From positions 159,836,001 to 159,900,000 of the forward strand of contig NC_043000.1 of assembly GCF_006345805.1 (NCBI RefSeq): 64,000 bases of DNA, written 5' to 3'. Below are positions 12,555 to 25,919 of the stretch, piece after piece. The notes beneath the pieces were generated by a model. It had not been told where the DNA came from, did not search any database, and was given only the letters and a program-made list of their open reading frames with translations. Numbering within the stretch: the stretch's first letter is position 1; each line of letters begins with the position of its first letter. This stretch comes from Octopus sinensis. Taxonomy: Eukaryota. The position numbers were made by a program, and so were the translations under genes.

Positions 12555-12797
12555 ATACACTTTGTATATATACATTATATATACATATTTATATATAGAA
12601 CACACACACACACACACACATACATTATATATACATATTTATATATAGAACACACACACACACATACATTATATATACATATTTATATATAGAACACACA
12701 CACACATACATTATATATACATATTTATATATAGAACACACACACACACACATACATTATATATATATATATAGAACACACACACACACACACATAT
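12555..12797. repeat. Compound minisatellite, about 5 units of 40-50 bp
   Basis: ACATTATATATACATATTTATATATAGAA(CA)n repeated. Confidence 0.9.
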
Positions 12798-12799
12798 AA

Positions 12800-13194
12800 A
12801 TGAACGCAAGAATATCTGATTCATAATATTTGTTCTCATGCTCGTGTGTTGATTGTTGGTGACAGACATATACTTAAAAGAACGCCGCCGAAGTGATAGG
12901 AAGGTAGGAAACAGAGTCAGTGAAAAAGAAAGGAAATAGCGATAGTGACAGATACTTTAAATAACCGTAGTGGACTTCTGAAAGTTATGAAGAGGAGTAA
13001 GAGAGTACTGGAGGAAATAGGGTGAGGTAGGAAGATGGCCCCTAGCAACCACACCTTTTAAGATAGGGATTTCTAAGGTAGCCCACGCGCATCGTCACCT
13101 CATTCTACATGTCCCTGTAAATTTTGGAGCGAATCGGACGGGATGAGTGGTGTAGTGGCATTGAAAGCGAACCAAGCGGTAAAAAGGCATTTCA

Positions 13195-13215
<21 letters not shown>
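12800..13215 (-). mobile_element. Probable Helitron 5' fragment
   Basis: Minus strand begins TATATATATAAAACTGAAATG, like the 11523 start. Shares AAATAGCGA..TTAAATAACCGTAGTGG with about 40612-40660. Confidence 0.4.
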
Positions 13216-13243
<28 letters not shown>

Positions 13244-13404
13244 GCACACACATAAACACACACACATATATAACATATACATATACACTCTACTTGAGTG
13301 GTCCATGGTGTCCCGAAATAATTAACTAAATGACATTTCCAGGTGGTGCCCTTGAGTTAGTCATGACCTGGGCCAATAATCCAACAATGGCCAAAACAAA
13401 GATT

Positions 13405-13497
<93 letters not shown>

Positions 13498-13536
13498 ATA
13501 TATATATATATATACACACATAAACATATATACATA

Positions 13537-14391
13537 CAGGCTGCAATTGATAAATTCTCGCCTTTTCACATATTGTTTTTTTTTATTATTTTGTCGACGA
13601 CACAGTATAGTAGGGTCAGTTGAGCACCGTCTGTGAGAAAAACAGCATCATGACACAATTCCCTCTGCCAGAAATTTCGAAACGACATGCTGTACTGCTC
13701 GGCATTCGCGCCGGATGCTCCAATACAAACGTTTCAGAGTGTTTGGGGGTCAATCTGAGGACATGTACCGAGAGTGATAAAAATCAAACATCCAGTCAAC
13801 ATCATGGTGTTTGGTGTGATCACTATTGATGGCGACGTCATGCCTCCATTCATCTTCCTATACGGCTTCAGACTCAACACGGAGGTTCACATCAAGTGCC
13901 TGTAGGGGGTAGTGCTGCCCTGGCTCAAGAAGGTGGTTACTGGAAGATCCTGTGTCTGGTAGCAAGACTCTCCATGTGCCACACAGGCAGGAGAACGCAG
14001 TCATAGCTGTCAGATAATATCTGCGACTACATCAACCTTAATATCTGGCCTCCTAACTTCCCAAACTGCAACCCCCTTGACTGTTATTTGTGGGGTGCAG
14101 TTAAGCGAAATAACAACAAAACTCCTTGTAACACCAAAGATGAACTGAACGCAAGGATTATGGCAGCATTCGCCATTTTAAACAAGGAGACAGTCCAGAA
14201 GACTTACAGGAGACTCTGAAGTCGTTTGGAAGCCGTGGTTTAAGCCATTGGTGATTTCATCGAATAAATTTACTGAGTAGTATTTCAAGATATTTTTATG
14301 TAATTTTTAGTAAATATATCTGTTTAAATGAGATGTCAGAGTTATTTTCCTTTTTGCGTAATTTAGACGACAGTTTATTCACCACGCGCTG
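13537..14391 (+). mobile_element. Internally deleted Tc1/mariner, maT/DD37D-like transposase remnant
   Basis: Peptides IKHPVNIMVFGVITIDGDVMPPFIF, QDS, WPPNFPNCNPLDCYLWGAV and SRLEAVV*AIGDFIE. Degenerate TIRs TA|CAG.. match at about 17 of 28 positions. Confidence 0.85.
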
Positions 14392-14397
14392 TATATA

Positions 14398-15256
14398 AAT
14401 GCTCTGATCAATAAGTATTCAGACTTTTGCCTTGGTAACGAAGCTAAAGAACGCAGAGTAATGCCGCTAGACACAGATTAATCTTGAACTCTGTGGAGCA
14501 TGAGCACTAAGATTCAACGTTGTAGCTCACTTTCCTTTTTTACAGCAGTGCTTCGAAAGAATGTGTGTTGCGTGTAATTGATGCATTGACCATGACAGAA
14601 AGTTGAGCATCAAATTTTGCCAAAAGTTTGATCAGTGGCCTACCCAATGTTTTTCAAATGTTTTTATTGGTCTCGACACAATCAAGGCCATATTGCGCAT
14701 CTGAAATCCGAGTGTCGTTTTCATCAGCTGAAAGCATTTTCGCTACAAAATAAGCCGATTCGCGTCTCATACCCAAATTTTATTGATAATGGACTGAGCA
14801 GAAGCGTAACCAATCTGCACATCCTCTGATAATTCGGGGATGGTGATTCAACGATCTTCCCTCACAGTTGAATGCACATCTGCGTCGGTTTTCTCAGTTC
14901 TGCTGGCTGCGGGTCTCCTAGAACGTTCATCACTATTGGCCATCTTAGAAGCATCTGAACTACTCATACACATCTTTGTGGCTCATACACTTTTCTCCAT
15001 ATACTTTCTGCAAATCTGCGTAGGACTCTGACCAGATATCGCATAACAACTCTCTCTGTAATGGTCAATGCGACGATCATGCGCTACACGCCTTCCTGCC
15101 AAGCACTGCGGCAAACAGCAGAAGTGAGCTAGAACGTCAAATTTTAGTGCGCATGCACAGCAGAGGTCAAGGTCTATCTTAACCAATCGGCTTTACTGTG
15201 CGTGATTTAGCTTTGTCACTATGGCAACAGTCCGAATACTTATTGATCAGACAGAA
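14398..15256. mobile_element. Rearranged mariner made of two inverted 5' ends
   Basis: TIRs TCTGATCAATAAGTATTC(A/G)GACT at both ends with flanking TA. Arms align for about 200 bp. Minus strand encodes DERSRRP..VREDR*ITIPELSEDVQI..LGMRR. Confidence 0.85.
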
Positions 15257-15379
15257 TATGTATATATATATATATATGAATTCATAAATGAGGGGAAAAA
15301 ATTAGATATTAATTTAATAATACCGTCAGTTTAACACCTAGTGGCCTAGCACATAAAAACCAGAGAGACAGTACAAATT

Positions 15380-15566
15380 TATACGTAAATATAAGAGAGT
15401 TAACGTTAAGTGGCTAACTCTAGTGCTAGAAATAGTTCCTTATTTTGGTATAGCCACCGAAGTTGTTATTTCTCCTGTGGAAACAAACTTCGGTGGCTAT
15501 ACCAGAATAAGGAGCTATTTCTAGCACTAGAGTTAGCCACTTAACGTTAACTCTCTTATATTTACG

Positions 15567-15570
<4 letters not shown>
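15380..15570. repeat. Near-perfect inverted repeat, 85-bp arms, 21-bp spacer
   Basis: 15380-15464 is the reverse complement of 15486-15570 with about 2 mismatches. Confidence 0.95.
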
Positions 15571-15602
<32 letters not shown>

Positions 15603-15889
15603 CACATACACACACACGCACATATATATACATGCATATATATATATATAAGTATGTATATATATATACATGTATATATGTCTATATACATACATATATT
15701 TATATACATGTATATGTACTCATGTATATCTATGAGTATATGTGTTTTTATCTGCGCGAGTGCATGAAATTCTACACTGATTTCCTTTATCAGCCATCTT
15801 GATAAGGTTACCAGGAGTAAATAAAAAATACATAAACAATAATAACAACAACAACAACAACAATTAATAATATAATAATAATAATAAAA

Positions 15890-15956
<67 letters not shown>

Positions 15957-16204
15957 GAAGAAGAAGAAGAAGAAGAAGATCAGAAATATTTTAGTTGCGA
16001 AGTTGGGATTTTTGAAATGAATCTCCGATATAAATTGGTTGAAACATTGGCAAATGTTGCCTTAGAAAGTTATACTTGTACTTTTACCGGGTTCAGTTAC
16101 TGGTAAACGGTTTCAATTAAGCAATATTTTATAGCATTGTACCTCGGGTTAAACTGCAGAAGTTATGGTAGTTATAAAATGAAACAAGGCCCACATGTAC
16201 ACAC

Positions 16205-16268
<64 letters not shown>

Positions 16269-16530
16269 ACACACACAGATACACACATACGTTTATGTTT
16301 CATTTTCTTTATTATTTATCAAAATTATTCAAAGAATAAAGGAACAGGTTTATAATCAAGAAACAAATCTCCTCGGATGGAATTTCCATAGCAACAAGGA
16401 TAAATATTACACGTAAAAGTATAGAAATGTCTTGCCTAGTTTTATTGGTCTACTTACCTATTTTCTCTTTCTTTGTCTGAAAATCCTAGCTTTTCCAAAT
16501 AGACGCTTAGACATTCACTATATATATATA

Positions 16531-16655
<125 letters not shown>

Positions 16656-16869
16656 AATATATATTTCGGGAATGGTATATGTATATATATAGAATGTATA
16701 GTGAATGTCAATTTGCTTCAATTTGCACTATAGACCAACTAAGTAAACCTATCAGTAATGTACCTATAATGACTACTGGAAGCCGCTGTAAGCCAAATTT
16801 GCTCAAAATAATGTCTATAATATGTAATGACGATTATTTTAAAATTAAATTTTTAGATTATTTTTAAAT

Positions 16870-17035
16870 TGGCAAGACAACAAAAGAATGAAGGAGACCT
16901 CGATATTATGTAAATAGAGGAATTTATCTGTAAATATAATACGCGACAATTATTCGGTAACCATGATAAAACTCCGCGTTTCGGATATCGGGACGGAAAC
17001 CCACGCCGGCATCTCTTCAGTTAACTGGCTATCGA
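16870..17035 (-). mobile_element. Penelope-like terminal fragment with a CTGAAGA..GAAAC motif
   Basis: Shares GAGACCTC(G/A)ATATTATGTAAATAGAGGAA with about 41720-41749. Hammerhead core motifs on the minus strand. Confidence 0.45.
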
Positions 17036-17083
17036 AACAAAGTGCTATGAATAATGACCATTAAAGCACAAACACACACATAC

Positions 17084-17158
<75 letters not shown>

Positions 17159-17574
17159 CATAAATGATGGTACATAGACAACTATTTTACTTTCAAACTG
17201 CTTCAAAAGCGCACAGTGTACACTGGATCATTTTTTTTAGCCCACTGATTGATTTTAATATTAATGAATGTATAATTCAATGTATCTTTAATCAGAGGCT
17301 ACAAATCTCCTTTGCGTTTCAAGTTGGCTGCGGGTAAATGTCATTAAGAAAACCAAACAAGGCCGTAATTCATGTAGCGTTATCCTTCGTCGCTGTTAGA
17401 ACGACTGTTCATCTTCCTCCGATATATAGTTCGATTTTAGACACAACACTTCTATATGGACATTCATATTAGTGTACAACCGCTTTTGTTGCTTTTCAGC
17501 GGTGTTTATATTTTATGTATGATGCATAGATGACTATTTTTTTTATTTAACATTGCTTTACTTGAAGATTATGT

Positions 17575-17589
17575 ACAATCTATCTATCC

Positions 17590-17681
<92 letters not shown>

Positions 17682-17687
17682 GTCTGC

Positions 17688-17745
<58 letters not shown>

Positions 17746-17755
17746 GACTGTCTGC

Positions 17756-17789
<34 letters not shown>

Positions 17790-17790
17790 G

Positions 17791-17828
<38 letters not shown>

Positions 17829-17830
17829 CA
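17575..17830. repeat. (TATC)n/(TGTC)n microsatellite
   Basis: Directly visible. Confidence 0.95.
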
Positions 17831-18512
17831 CTTCCCTACTTCCCCATCTATCCAACTGTGTGTGAGTGCGTACATACATACACACGCATACGCACTTGTA
17901 TACAATAGGGAGATCCCTTATAAGGTTTGAGAAAACTTGACGGCAAATAAAACTAAATAGAAATGTTAAGTGGAAAATATTAAAGAAAAAATAGTTGTAC
18001 CATCGCCTCGATTGTAGAACTATATTTTTTCTCGAAAGTTCAACGTTTGAGTAAATACTGTAGTAATGAAACAAGTATTCAGCTTTAAGCGATTTATATT
18101 CCTAGATTTATATCCGAGATGGTCAATAAACACAAGAATGTAAAGCGCAATTCATTTAGCTGGAGTTACAAATACTTAATAACAGGTTGACTCAACATAA
18201 CATTACTTAAATAAGTCAAATCATCTGACCATAAAACGTCGACATACTGAAGCCAGCATCCCGTCTGCTCTCCCATTTGGAGCATGTTTTGAATGAATTG
18301 TTGTTGCTGGTTTAACAAACCCTGTACTCGGAGCTGAACTGAACAATGGAGTATTAATTCTCTCCCCTCGAAGCGGTTCTAAGGTTCCCTTTTTGAGCCT
18401 TTCTTCTTCGATTCCTTACATTTAACGATGTGGAATTTTTCTGTTCACGGAATGTATTAAGTAACTTGGGGTTTAATCTACCCTATATATATATATATAA
18501 TATGGGTTTATT

Positions 18513-18561
<49 letters not shown>

Positions 18562-18573
18562 TATAATATATAT

Positions 18574-18605
<32 letters not shown>

Positions 18606-19057
18606 GTATATATATATATATATAGTATGTATGTATGTATGTATGTAATATGTATGTATGTATGTATGTATGTATGATGTACGTATGTATGTATGTATGT
18701 ATACAGTGTTCATGGTACATTCGAGAGAAACAAAAATCATTTAGCAAAAGGAAGGATATATATATTTCTTTAGAGATTAGCTGTCAAACAAACTGATTCA
18801 AGGACTTCTATTATATTTTCGTACAATGCATTAAAAAAAACTCAAATGTAGATTTGCCATGCACAAAAAAACTAGGCTTTTGAGGCGATCTTTATCGCCT
18901 TACAACCCATAGGTCAGAAAAAATATGTGCAAGGGTATTTTTCAATAGAGTAGATTTATTTTATATATGAATGCATGTTTGTGTGTGTGCGGCTATGTGT
19001 GTGTGTGCGTGTGTGTGTGTATGCGTGTGTCGGTATGTACAATATATATGTACGAAA

Positions 19058-19291
19058 GGCGGCGAGCTGGCAGAAACGTTAGCACGCCGGGCGAAATGCG
19101 TAGCTGTATTTCGTCTGCCGTTACGTTCTTAGTTCAAATTTCGCCGAGTTCGACTTTGCCTTTCGTCCTTTCGGAGTCGATTAAATAAGTACCAGTTACG
19201 CACTGGGGTTGATATAGTCGACTTAATCCGTTTGTCTGTCCTTGTTTGTCCTCTCTGCGTTTAACCCCTTGTGGGTAGTAAAGAAATAGGT
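19058..19291 (+). mobile_element. SINE family B, full length
   Basis: Runs from GGCGGCGAGCTGGCAGAAACGTTAGCACGCCGGGCG to GGGTAGTAAAGAAATAGG. Confidence 0.92.
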
Positions 19292-19952
19292 ATGTGCAAT
19301 ATGCTCACTGTACTGGTGACTCTTACTGATTGCATCGCATTTTAACTTTTCAAGTTTTTAGAAGAAATGCACACTCACACACATTCAAACACATTTTTAC
19401 ACACACGCTCACACACGCTTACACACCCACACACACTCACATACATGTGTACCTATGATTTTGCTTTTATGTATTTGTCACACTATTTCAATATAAACTA
19501 TTTAATGCCGTGATTTGTTGCACTTAACTGTACTGTACCGTATTTGAGTTTTATCTTCTCAGTGGTTCTTGTGGTAAACATATAATAATAATTATAACTA
19601 TCTTTAATTTTATCTTTATTTTTAGTTTTATTATTATGAATTTCGTTTTCGCATTTTGCCACTGAACGAAATAATTATTTATCTCGGAGAATTACTTTAA
19701 TATAGGAAGGAGAAGAACAGAAGCCAGAAAATAACTACATTTTATATAATTTTTCTCAATCTTCGAAGAGAAGGGGAAAAAGTGCAAAGTGGAAGAAAAA
19801 TATATTACACAAAGTGTCTTTTGGGAAATTGGAAAAATCAAGCAGCGAAAAAATAGAAATACTTACATACACACACACACACACGCATGCATGCATACCT
19901 ACCCACCTACCTACCTACCACCTACCTATCCACACACATATATATACATACA

Positions 19953-19985
<33 letters not shown>

Positions 19986-20104
19986 GTATATATATTATAT
20001 ATTATATATATATATATATATTATATGTGTACGTATTTATATATGTATATATAGATATATATATACATATATATATATACATACATATACATATATAAAT
20101 ACGT

Positions 20105-20184
<80 letters not shown>

Positions 20185-20859
20185 GTATTTATATATGTAT
20201 ATGTATGTATATATATATATATATGTATATATATTATATATGTTTTTGCCAGTAAACGTGTGAAAGAACGAAAGTAAGTGAAATATGAGCAAAACTATGA
20301 ACGCAGGCGGAAAGCAGGCGAATAAAAAAATATAAGAATCCAAATAAAGAGAATAATGGTATTTACCCATTTTTTTCTCAGTGTGTATAATTGGAGTCAA
20401 GTTTGGGGTGATTGAATTGCTAAATTCGATTTAGTGAAGCATTTAAGTCGATTTTGCGCTACGTCCAGATTTGTTGAAACAAGCAATAAGAGAGGAATGG
20501 CAGAAATAAACATGTTAGTTTTCTTAACGGAATTTTGTCAGCGGTTGTCCTTACAAATTACCGCGTTTCGAAAAATAGAAAAGTATAACATGAATCTTGT
20601 AAGAATTCTGTATATTTTCGAAAGTTGCATTCGTACGCTGTTTATGTCTTTTCAGCATAGAGTGTATGGGAAAAAAAATCTGCATAGAGTTTGACAAATG
20701 CCAATTCGTAAAAAGTTTTATTTGATTTCAAATAGTACTTTATACAAACTGTTACATTTTAATAATGTTTCCGTATGGTGCGATCACAGATTGTATAAAA
20801 AGAAATGAGAACACAATAACCCCACCCCAAAATAAAGGTATTTTTAAAAGACATGAAAA

Positions 20860-21900
20860 ATATTAACTAGGTTATGGCTTGGAGATGACAGTATACTCGA
20901 TGTTGTCATTCTTATCTTCCTTCACGGCCAGGAAACCGCTCTGAAACCTGGCGTATGCAACCCTCCCTGTGTCCCTGGGAAGGTCTCCTGGGAAGGTCTG
21001 CTTGATCTTGATCTTGATCAGCCTTTGTTTAACGGTTGATATCTTTCTCAACCGCATCTCATATATAGAAATTAATGGGATTACTATCGGAGGAATTCAG
21101 AGGCCAGAAACTAAGACTGGAAGTCGTAAACATTCCCTGACAACCACTTCTGACTTGTTCTAGAGGTATGGCAATGAGCCGAATCTCGCTGCCACACATA
21201 TAACATTTCAGCAGCAAACCTATCCCGCCAGGCTTTGACCACAATCTTCTCCAACTATCTGAATTTAGCCTAAGACTGTTCATCAGTTGCCGGACGAATT
21301 CTGGTGTTCGGATGCAGTCAAAATTCCTGTTGTGTTACTTCCTGCTGGCCACAAATTTGCGGTTTCCATTGCAGCTGTCCCTGTCATACTCTACATTGTT
21401 CACAGAGCATTGAGCAACAGCAATGGCAGTTTGACAGTCGGCGTGATTTATCATAATACAAGTAACTCATTTCCAGTATTCAGGTGGCATCAAATCTTCC
21501 TCGTGAGCTATCTCTTTCTCTTTAATCTTTACGCTCTTAACTGTTCACCAATGTATTAAGTTGTTCCCAAAAAATGGAGACATAAGAAAATCGGCAAATT
21601 TAGCCCGAATAACATGTACACATTGTGTCAAATTCCGTTGTAGACCATGTAATACCACTCTTTACCAGGAAAATCTGTCTAGGAAATCTACTGGTTAAAT
21701 TTGATCATGTAAGTTCAGCTGGATGTGTATCACCTGGTAAGTAATTTATTGATGGAGAGTAGCAGTTGGGTATAAGTTTCCCAATTACGCCAACGGTACG
21801 ATGTTATTCAATGGAAAAACCACTGTGTTTGAGCTGTTTTAACTTCACACCAATATCTTTGAAGGTTCTGCTTTCAGAATGCTTTCATAATACCAGAATA
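20860..21900 (-). pseudogene. Second maT/DD37D-like Tc1/mariner transposase remnant
   Basis: Minus-strand peptides MLYVWQRDSAHCHTSRTSQKWLS, FWPLNSSDSNPINFYI*DAVEKDINR and DLPRDTGRVAYARFQSGFLAVKEDKNDNIE. Confidence 0.8.
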
Positions 21901-21949
21901 GATAATGCAAAGTATCCTATGTGAACATCTCACATTTCCAACTATTCCC

Positions 21950-22392
21950 CCCCCCCACCTCGTTTAGTACCTATTATCCACCCCGAAAGGATGAAACGCA
22001 AATTGATCTCGGCAAGAATTTGAACTCAGTGTGAAGAGAGTCGGAACTTAGCGCTAGAGAGTGTGGAACATTCTGTCCCATGCTCTCTAATCTACCAATC
22101 TAATCCATAAACTATATTTACGCAGAATATATCAACCCCGCAAAAACACACAATATCTATTTCTTTACTACCCACAAGGGGCTAAACACAGAGAGGACAA
22201 ACAAGGACAGACAAACGGATTAAGTCGATTATATCGACCCCAGTGCGTAACTGGTACTTATTTAATCGACCCCGAAAGGATGAAAGGCAAAGTCGACCTC
22301 GGCGGAATTTGAACTCAGGACGTATCGTCAGACGAAATACGGCTACGCATTTTGCCCGGCGTGCTAACGTTTCTGCCAGCTCACCGCCTTCA
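21950..22392 (-). mobile_element. SINE family B full copy (22158-22392) plus diverged partial copy (21950-22075)
   Basis: Reverse complement of the family B consensus. Confidence 0.88.
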
Positions 22393-22803
22393 AAACACAC
22401 TATATCGTTCTAGTCCTTGTCTAGAAGTTACGCCATTTCTTTTTATCTGGCATCTCCCGATTGCAACGCTGTGAGTCCGCCTAAATCTCGTGACAATATA
22501 TTCCCATAATTCGTTTCTCGGCTAAAATTTGCTTCTTGCTTGTGTTCGGTGAAAACCGATTGTGTCAATCCTATTCCAGTCTATAAGCAGTATCGGTGAT
22601 GCTAACATCTACAACTTGTTTCTAACTGGTTAACATCACTTGGTTAAACATTCTTTGCCAAAATCTTATGCATATTTTAACCGTAATAATCTATAGGTTG
22701 TAAATGCTCAATATGATTTCATTTAACAAATACGAATTGTTGAATTACACAATGTCTAACTTAAATCATGCATATTTCTTTACATCTCTGTCTTTCAACT
22801 GAC

Positions 22804-23209
22804 GGATCTTTTCGGTTTGAACGGCACTTTTTAACATAATTTCTAGGTAACTAAAAAATTTAAAACTTGTATACTGGTAGAATGTGTATATATATATCTT
22901 GGCTTTATTGAGAAAATTCTATAGTTTGTAAGATATTTGTTGTTTTTTTTTCTTCAATTTCTGCAATTTTAATCAATCAGTGACGTCTACTGAGTTAAAA
23001 AGCATTCTGTGCCGTATTAATATGTCCCTAGTTTAAGAAATAGATTGGGTTTATTTACATTTGTGAAGAAAAAAAGATACCCTTCCCCCACCTCTAACCC
23101 TAACCCTAAAAGAGATTGAAATGCAATAGATCGATTCTAGGGTCATAATTATGGGTGACAATTTCATATGACACCGCTAGAAAAACTGCCGTTCAAACCG
23201 AAAAGATCC
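22804..23209. mobile_element. MITE with GG-starting TIRs and an 8-bp TSD (Merlin- or hAT-like)
   Basis: TIR GGATCTTTTCGGTTTGAACGGCA at both ends. CAACTGAC duplicated at 22796-22803 and 23210-23217. Confidence 0.9.
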
Positions 23210-23904
23210 CAACTGACAAAGTAGCAGATACGCACGCGCGAACTAGCAGTCTGCATAATTATTCGTCCTGGTCCCATCCAGCGTACCCTACCTCTCTTAC
23301 ACTTTATCATCTGTATTATTGTTTAGATTCACACCCGGCATTAAACACTTCGCACACATCTTCCGTCAAACATCTTTCTCTCTCTGCGTTTCCCTTTCAT
23401 CTTATGCTTTCTCTACAGGCATTAATCTATTGGAGTCCAAACTGAACATCAACCACATCGAATTTGCAAATCCGAGGGAGTCTAAAACGGTCATGGGTAT
23501 TTATTCTCATCGTCCGACAAATTGATTTAAAAAATACAATCTAAAAATATGTAATTGTTAATTCACAATATAAGTTATATCATTCCATTTCAGCGATTTT
23601 GAAACAGCATGAGTTTTCATCCGTCTTCGGCAGTTAATAAATGAAGCAACAGGAGTATTTCTTTGAAGAAACGGAAAATATAGAAGGAAAATAAAACTAA
23701 TGAATAAAACATAATTTTCGCATACGAACAATCAAAACTGGGTCAGGTTAAAGGTACCAAGGGAATTTACTCTATTCCCTTCGTCTCTCTCTCTCTCACA
23801 CACTCATATATATACACACACAACATATACATATATGAGTGCATGTTTTTGTGTAAGCGTGTATGTATATATAGAGAGAAAGAGGGAGCGAGTGAATGAG
23901 CGAT

Positions 23905-23951
<47 letters not shown>

Positions 23952-24673
23952 CGTACAAATGTGAAGGTGCATGTTGAAGCAGATGGGAAGTTGTGCTCAC
24001 GATCATAAGATTTTTGTGGTCGATTCCAAGACCGGACAATTTGCTGTGTCCTAGAGTATGCCACTTAATTTGATCTTGCTCCTGCCTGCTCAGTTACATT
24101 TACCACCAGACTACTTGTGCAATCGTCTCTCCTTCCTCAGCCACCTAAACTTTGCTATTTTCACGGGGTCGAGTTCAAGAGGGCAGAGCAGGTGCCTGTA
24201 TATCCTAGTAACTGTCTAGGAATCTAAAGCAACAGACGAAAGAGTGTAGAATGCAACTACCACTTCATACCCGTATGCGAATAACAATTCAGCCATACTA
24301 ATAGTTTATAAGGAATATTGTGTCAGATATTTTTACTTGAAAATGAAGTGTATTGATAAAGGATTTTGCAGATTCAAATCATATAATACAAAGTGAGATT
24401 TCTTTAGGTGTTAGACATGACCAAAGCCCATTTAAAGTACATAACAGTTTTTGATAAACTTCGAAATAACTGGAAAAATTAGCGGAGAAACTTAGAGTAA
24501 ATGTATTAGTAATAAATAAACAAATAATAAATAATAAATAAATAAAAATATTGTCCCATGTTACATTATTTTCTAAATGTATTGGTGAGAACACCATTCT
24601 TTTTCCAAATACATCGATCAAACTCGTTCATTCTTTTCCCAACCTCAACTTAACTCTGAAGCCCAAATAACGC

Positions 24674-24724
<51 letters not shown>

Positions 24725-24737
24725 CACACACACACAC

Positions 24738-24777
<40 letters not shown>

Positions 24778-24778
<1 letters not shown>

Positions 24779-25919
24779 CTCTTATTATAAAAGCAGATTT
24801 TATCTGCCTCCCTTTGTATCTTATAGAAATCTACAATATAGGATTTCTTCAATTACAATTTCCCTAGCATTTTTAAGAGTACAATGCATCGGGTCGTGCC
24901 GGGTCCACTTTTTAAAATTTCAACCCCAATTAAGCAAAATTTAGAGAAAACTCACATTGTGGTGTATGAGTCAAATGCTTCTCTTAGTGTGGGATACAGC
25001 ACACGCAAACGCACACACACAGTGTGCAACGAATAAAGTGAAAGTGATTCACTTTCTGTAGTGAGTGACTCTTTCACTCTGCCTCCCACTTCCTCTTTAC
25101 ACACACGGATACGCAAATATATAAATAAAATTGTAAGCTAACGTGCGTGTGTGTGAGTGTGTGTGTGTGTGTGTGTGTGCGTGTGTGCGTGTGTGTGTGT
25201 GAGGGTGCGTGTGTGTGTGTGCGTGTGCGTGAGTGTGTGACAGGAAAGTTTTTTACGACGAATATAAGACCTATATCCAAGTAGCAGAAAGATCGCCCAA
25301 AAGTGTATATATATATTTAAATGTATTTATATATTCATCTATACACAGATGTATGTATAATGTGTCTATATATTTCCATAGAGGTAACCTTTCACTCCAT
25401 ACAAAGTTTTTTAGGACGAATATAAGATCTAAAGTATATACAAGTAGCAGAAAGATCGCCTAAAAGTGTATATAGATATTTAAATGTATTTATATATTCA
25501 TCTATACACAGATGTATGTATAATGTGTGTGTATATATTTCTATAGACGTAACCATTCACTCCGCACAAAGTTTTTTAGGACGAAAATAAGATCTAAAGT
25601 TATCTCTAAGTAGCACAAAGATCGCCCAAAAGTGTATATAGATATATAAATGTATTTATATATTCATCTATGCACACATGTATGTATAACGTGTGTGTAT
25701 ATATTTCCATAGAGGTAACCATTCACTCCATACAAAGTTTTTTAGGACGAAAATAAGAACTAAAGTTATCTCTAAGAAACAGAAAGATCGCCCAAAAGTG
25801 TATATAGATATTTAAATGTATTTATATATTCATCTATACACACATGTATGTATAATGTGCGTGTATATATTTCCATAGAGGTAACCATTCAATCCATACA
25901 AAGTTTTTTAGGACGAAAA
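24778..25919 (+). mobile_element. Helitron family 2, 5' portion with a tandem array
   Basis: A|TCTCTTATTATAAAAG start; its first 280 bp are homologous to 40182-40460. Confidence 0.75.
25246..25919 (+). repeat. Tandem repeat, about 4 units of about 165 bp
   Basis: (AC)AAAGTTTTTTA(G/C)GACGAA recurs at about 25246, 25401, 25566, 25732 and 25898. Confidence 0.95.

Noticed and set aside
21059-21283. KCYMCGS as a zinc knuckle of a LINE ORF1
   Set aside because: Another frame of the same DNA gives clear maT-like transposase motifs (YVWQRDS, WP.NS.D.NP).
23093-23108. Telomeric (CCCTAA)n tract
   Set aside because: Only about 2.5 units, and it lies inside a MITE.
25246-25919. Regularly spaced repeats suggesting CRISPR (also 40689-40950 and 12555-12797)
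   Set aside because: The whole unit is repeated with no unique spacers, there are no cas genes, and the context is eukaryotic.
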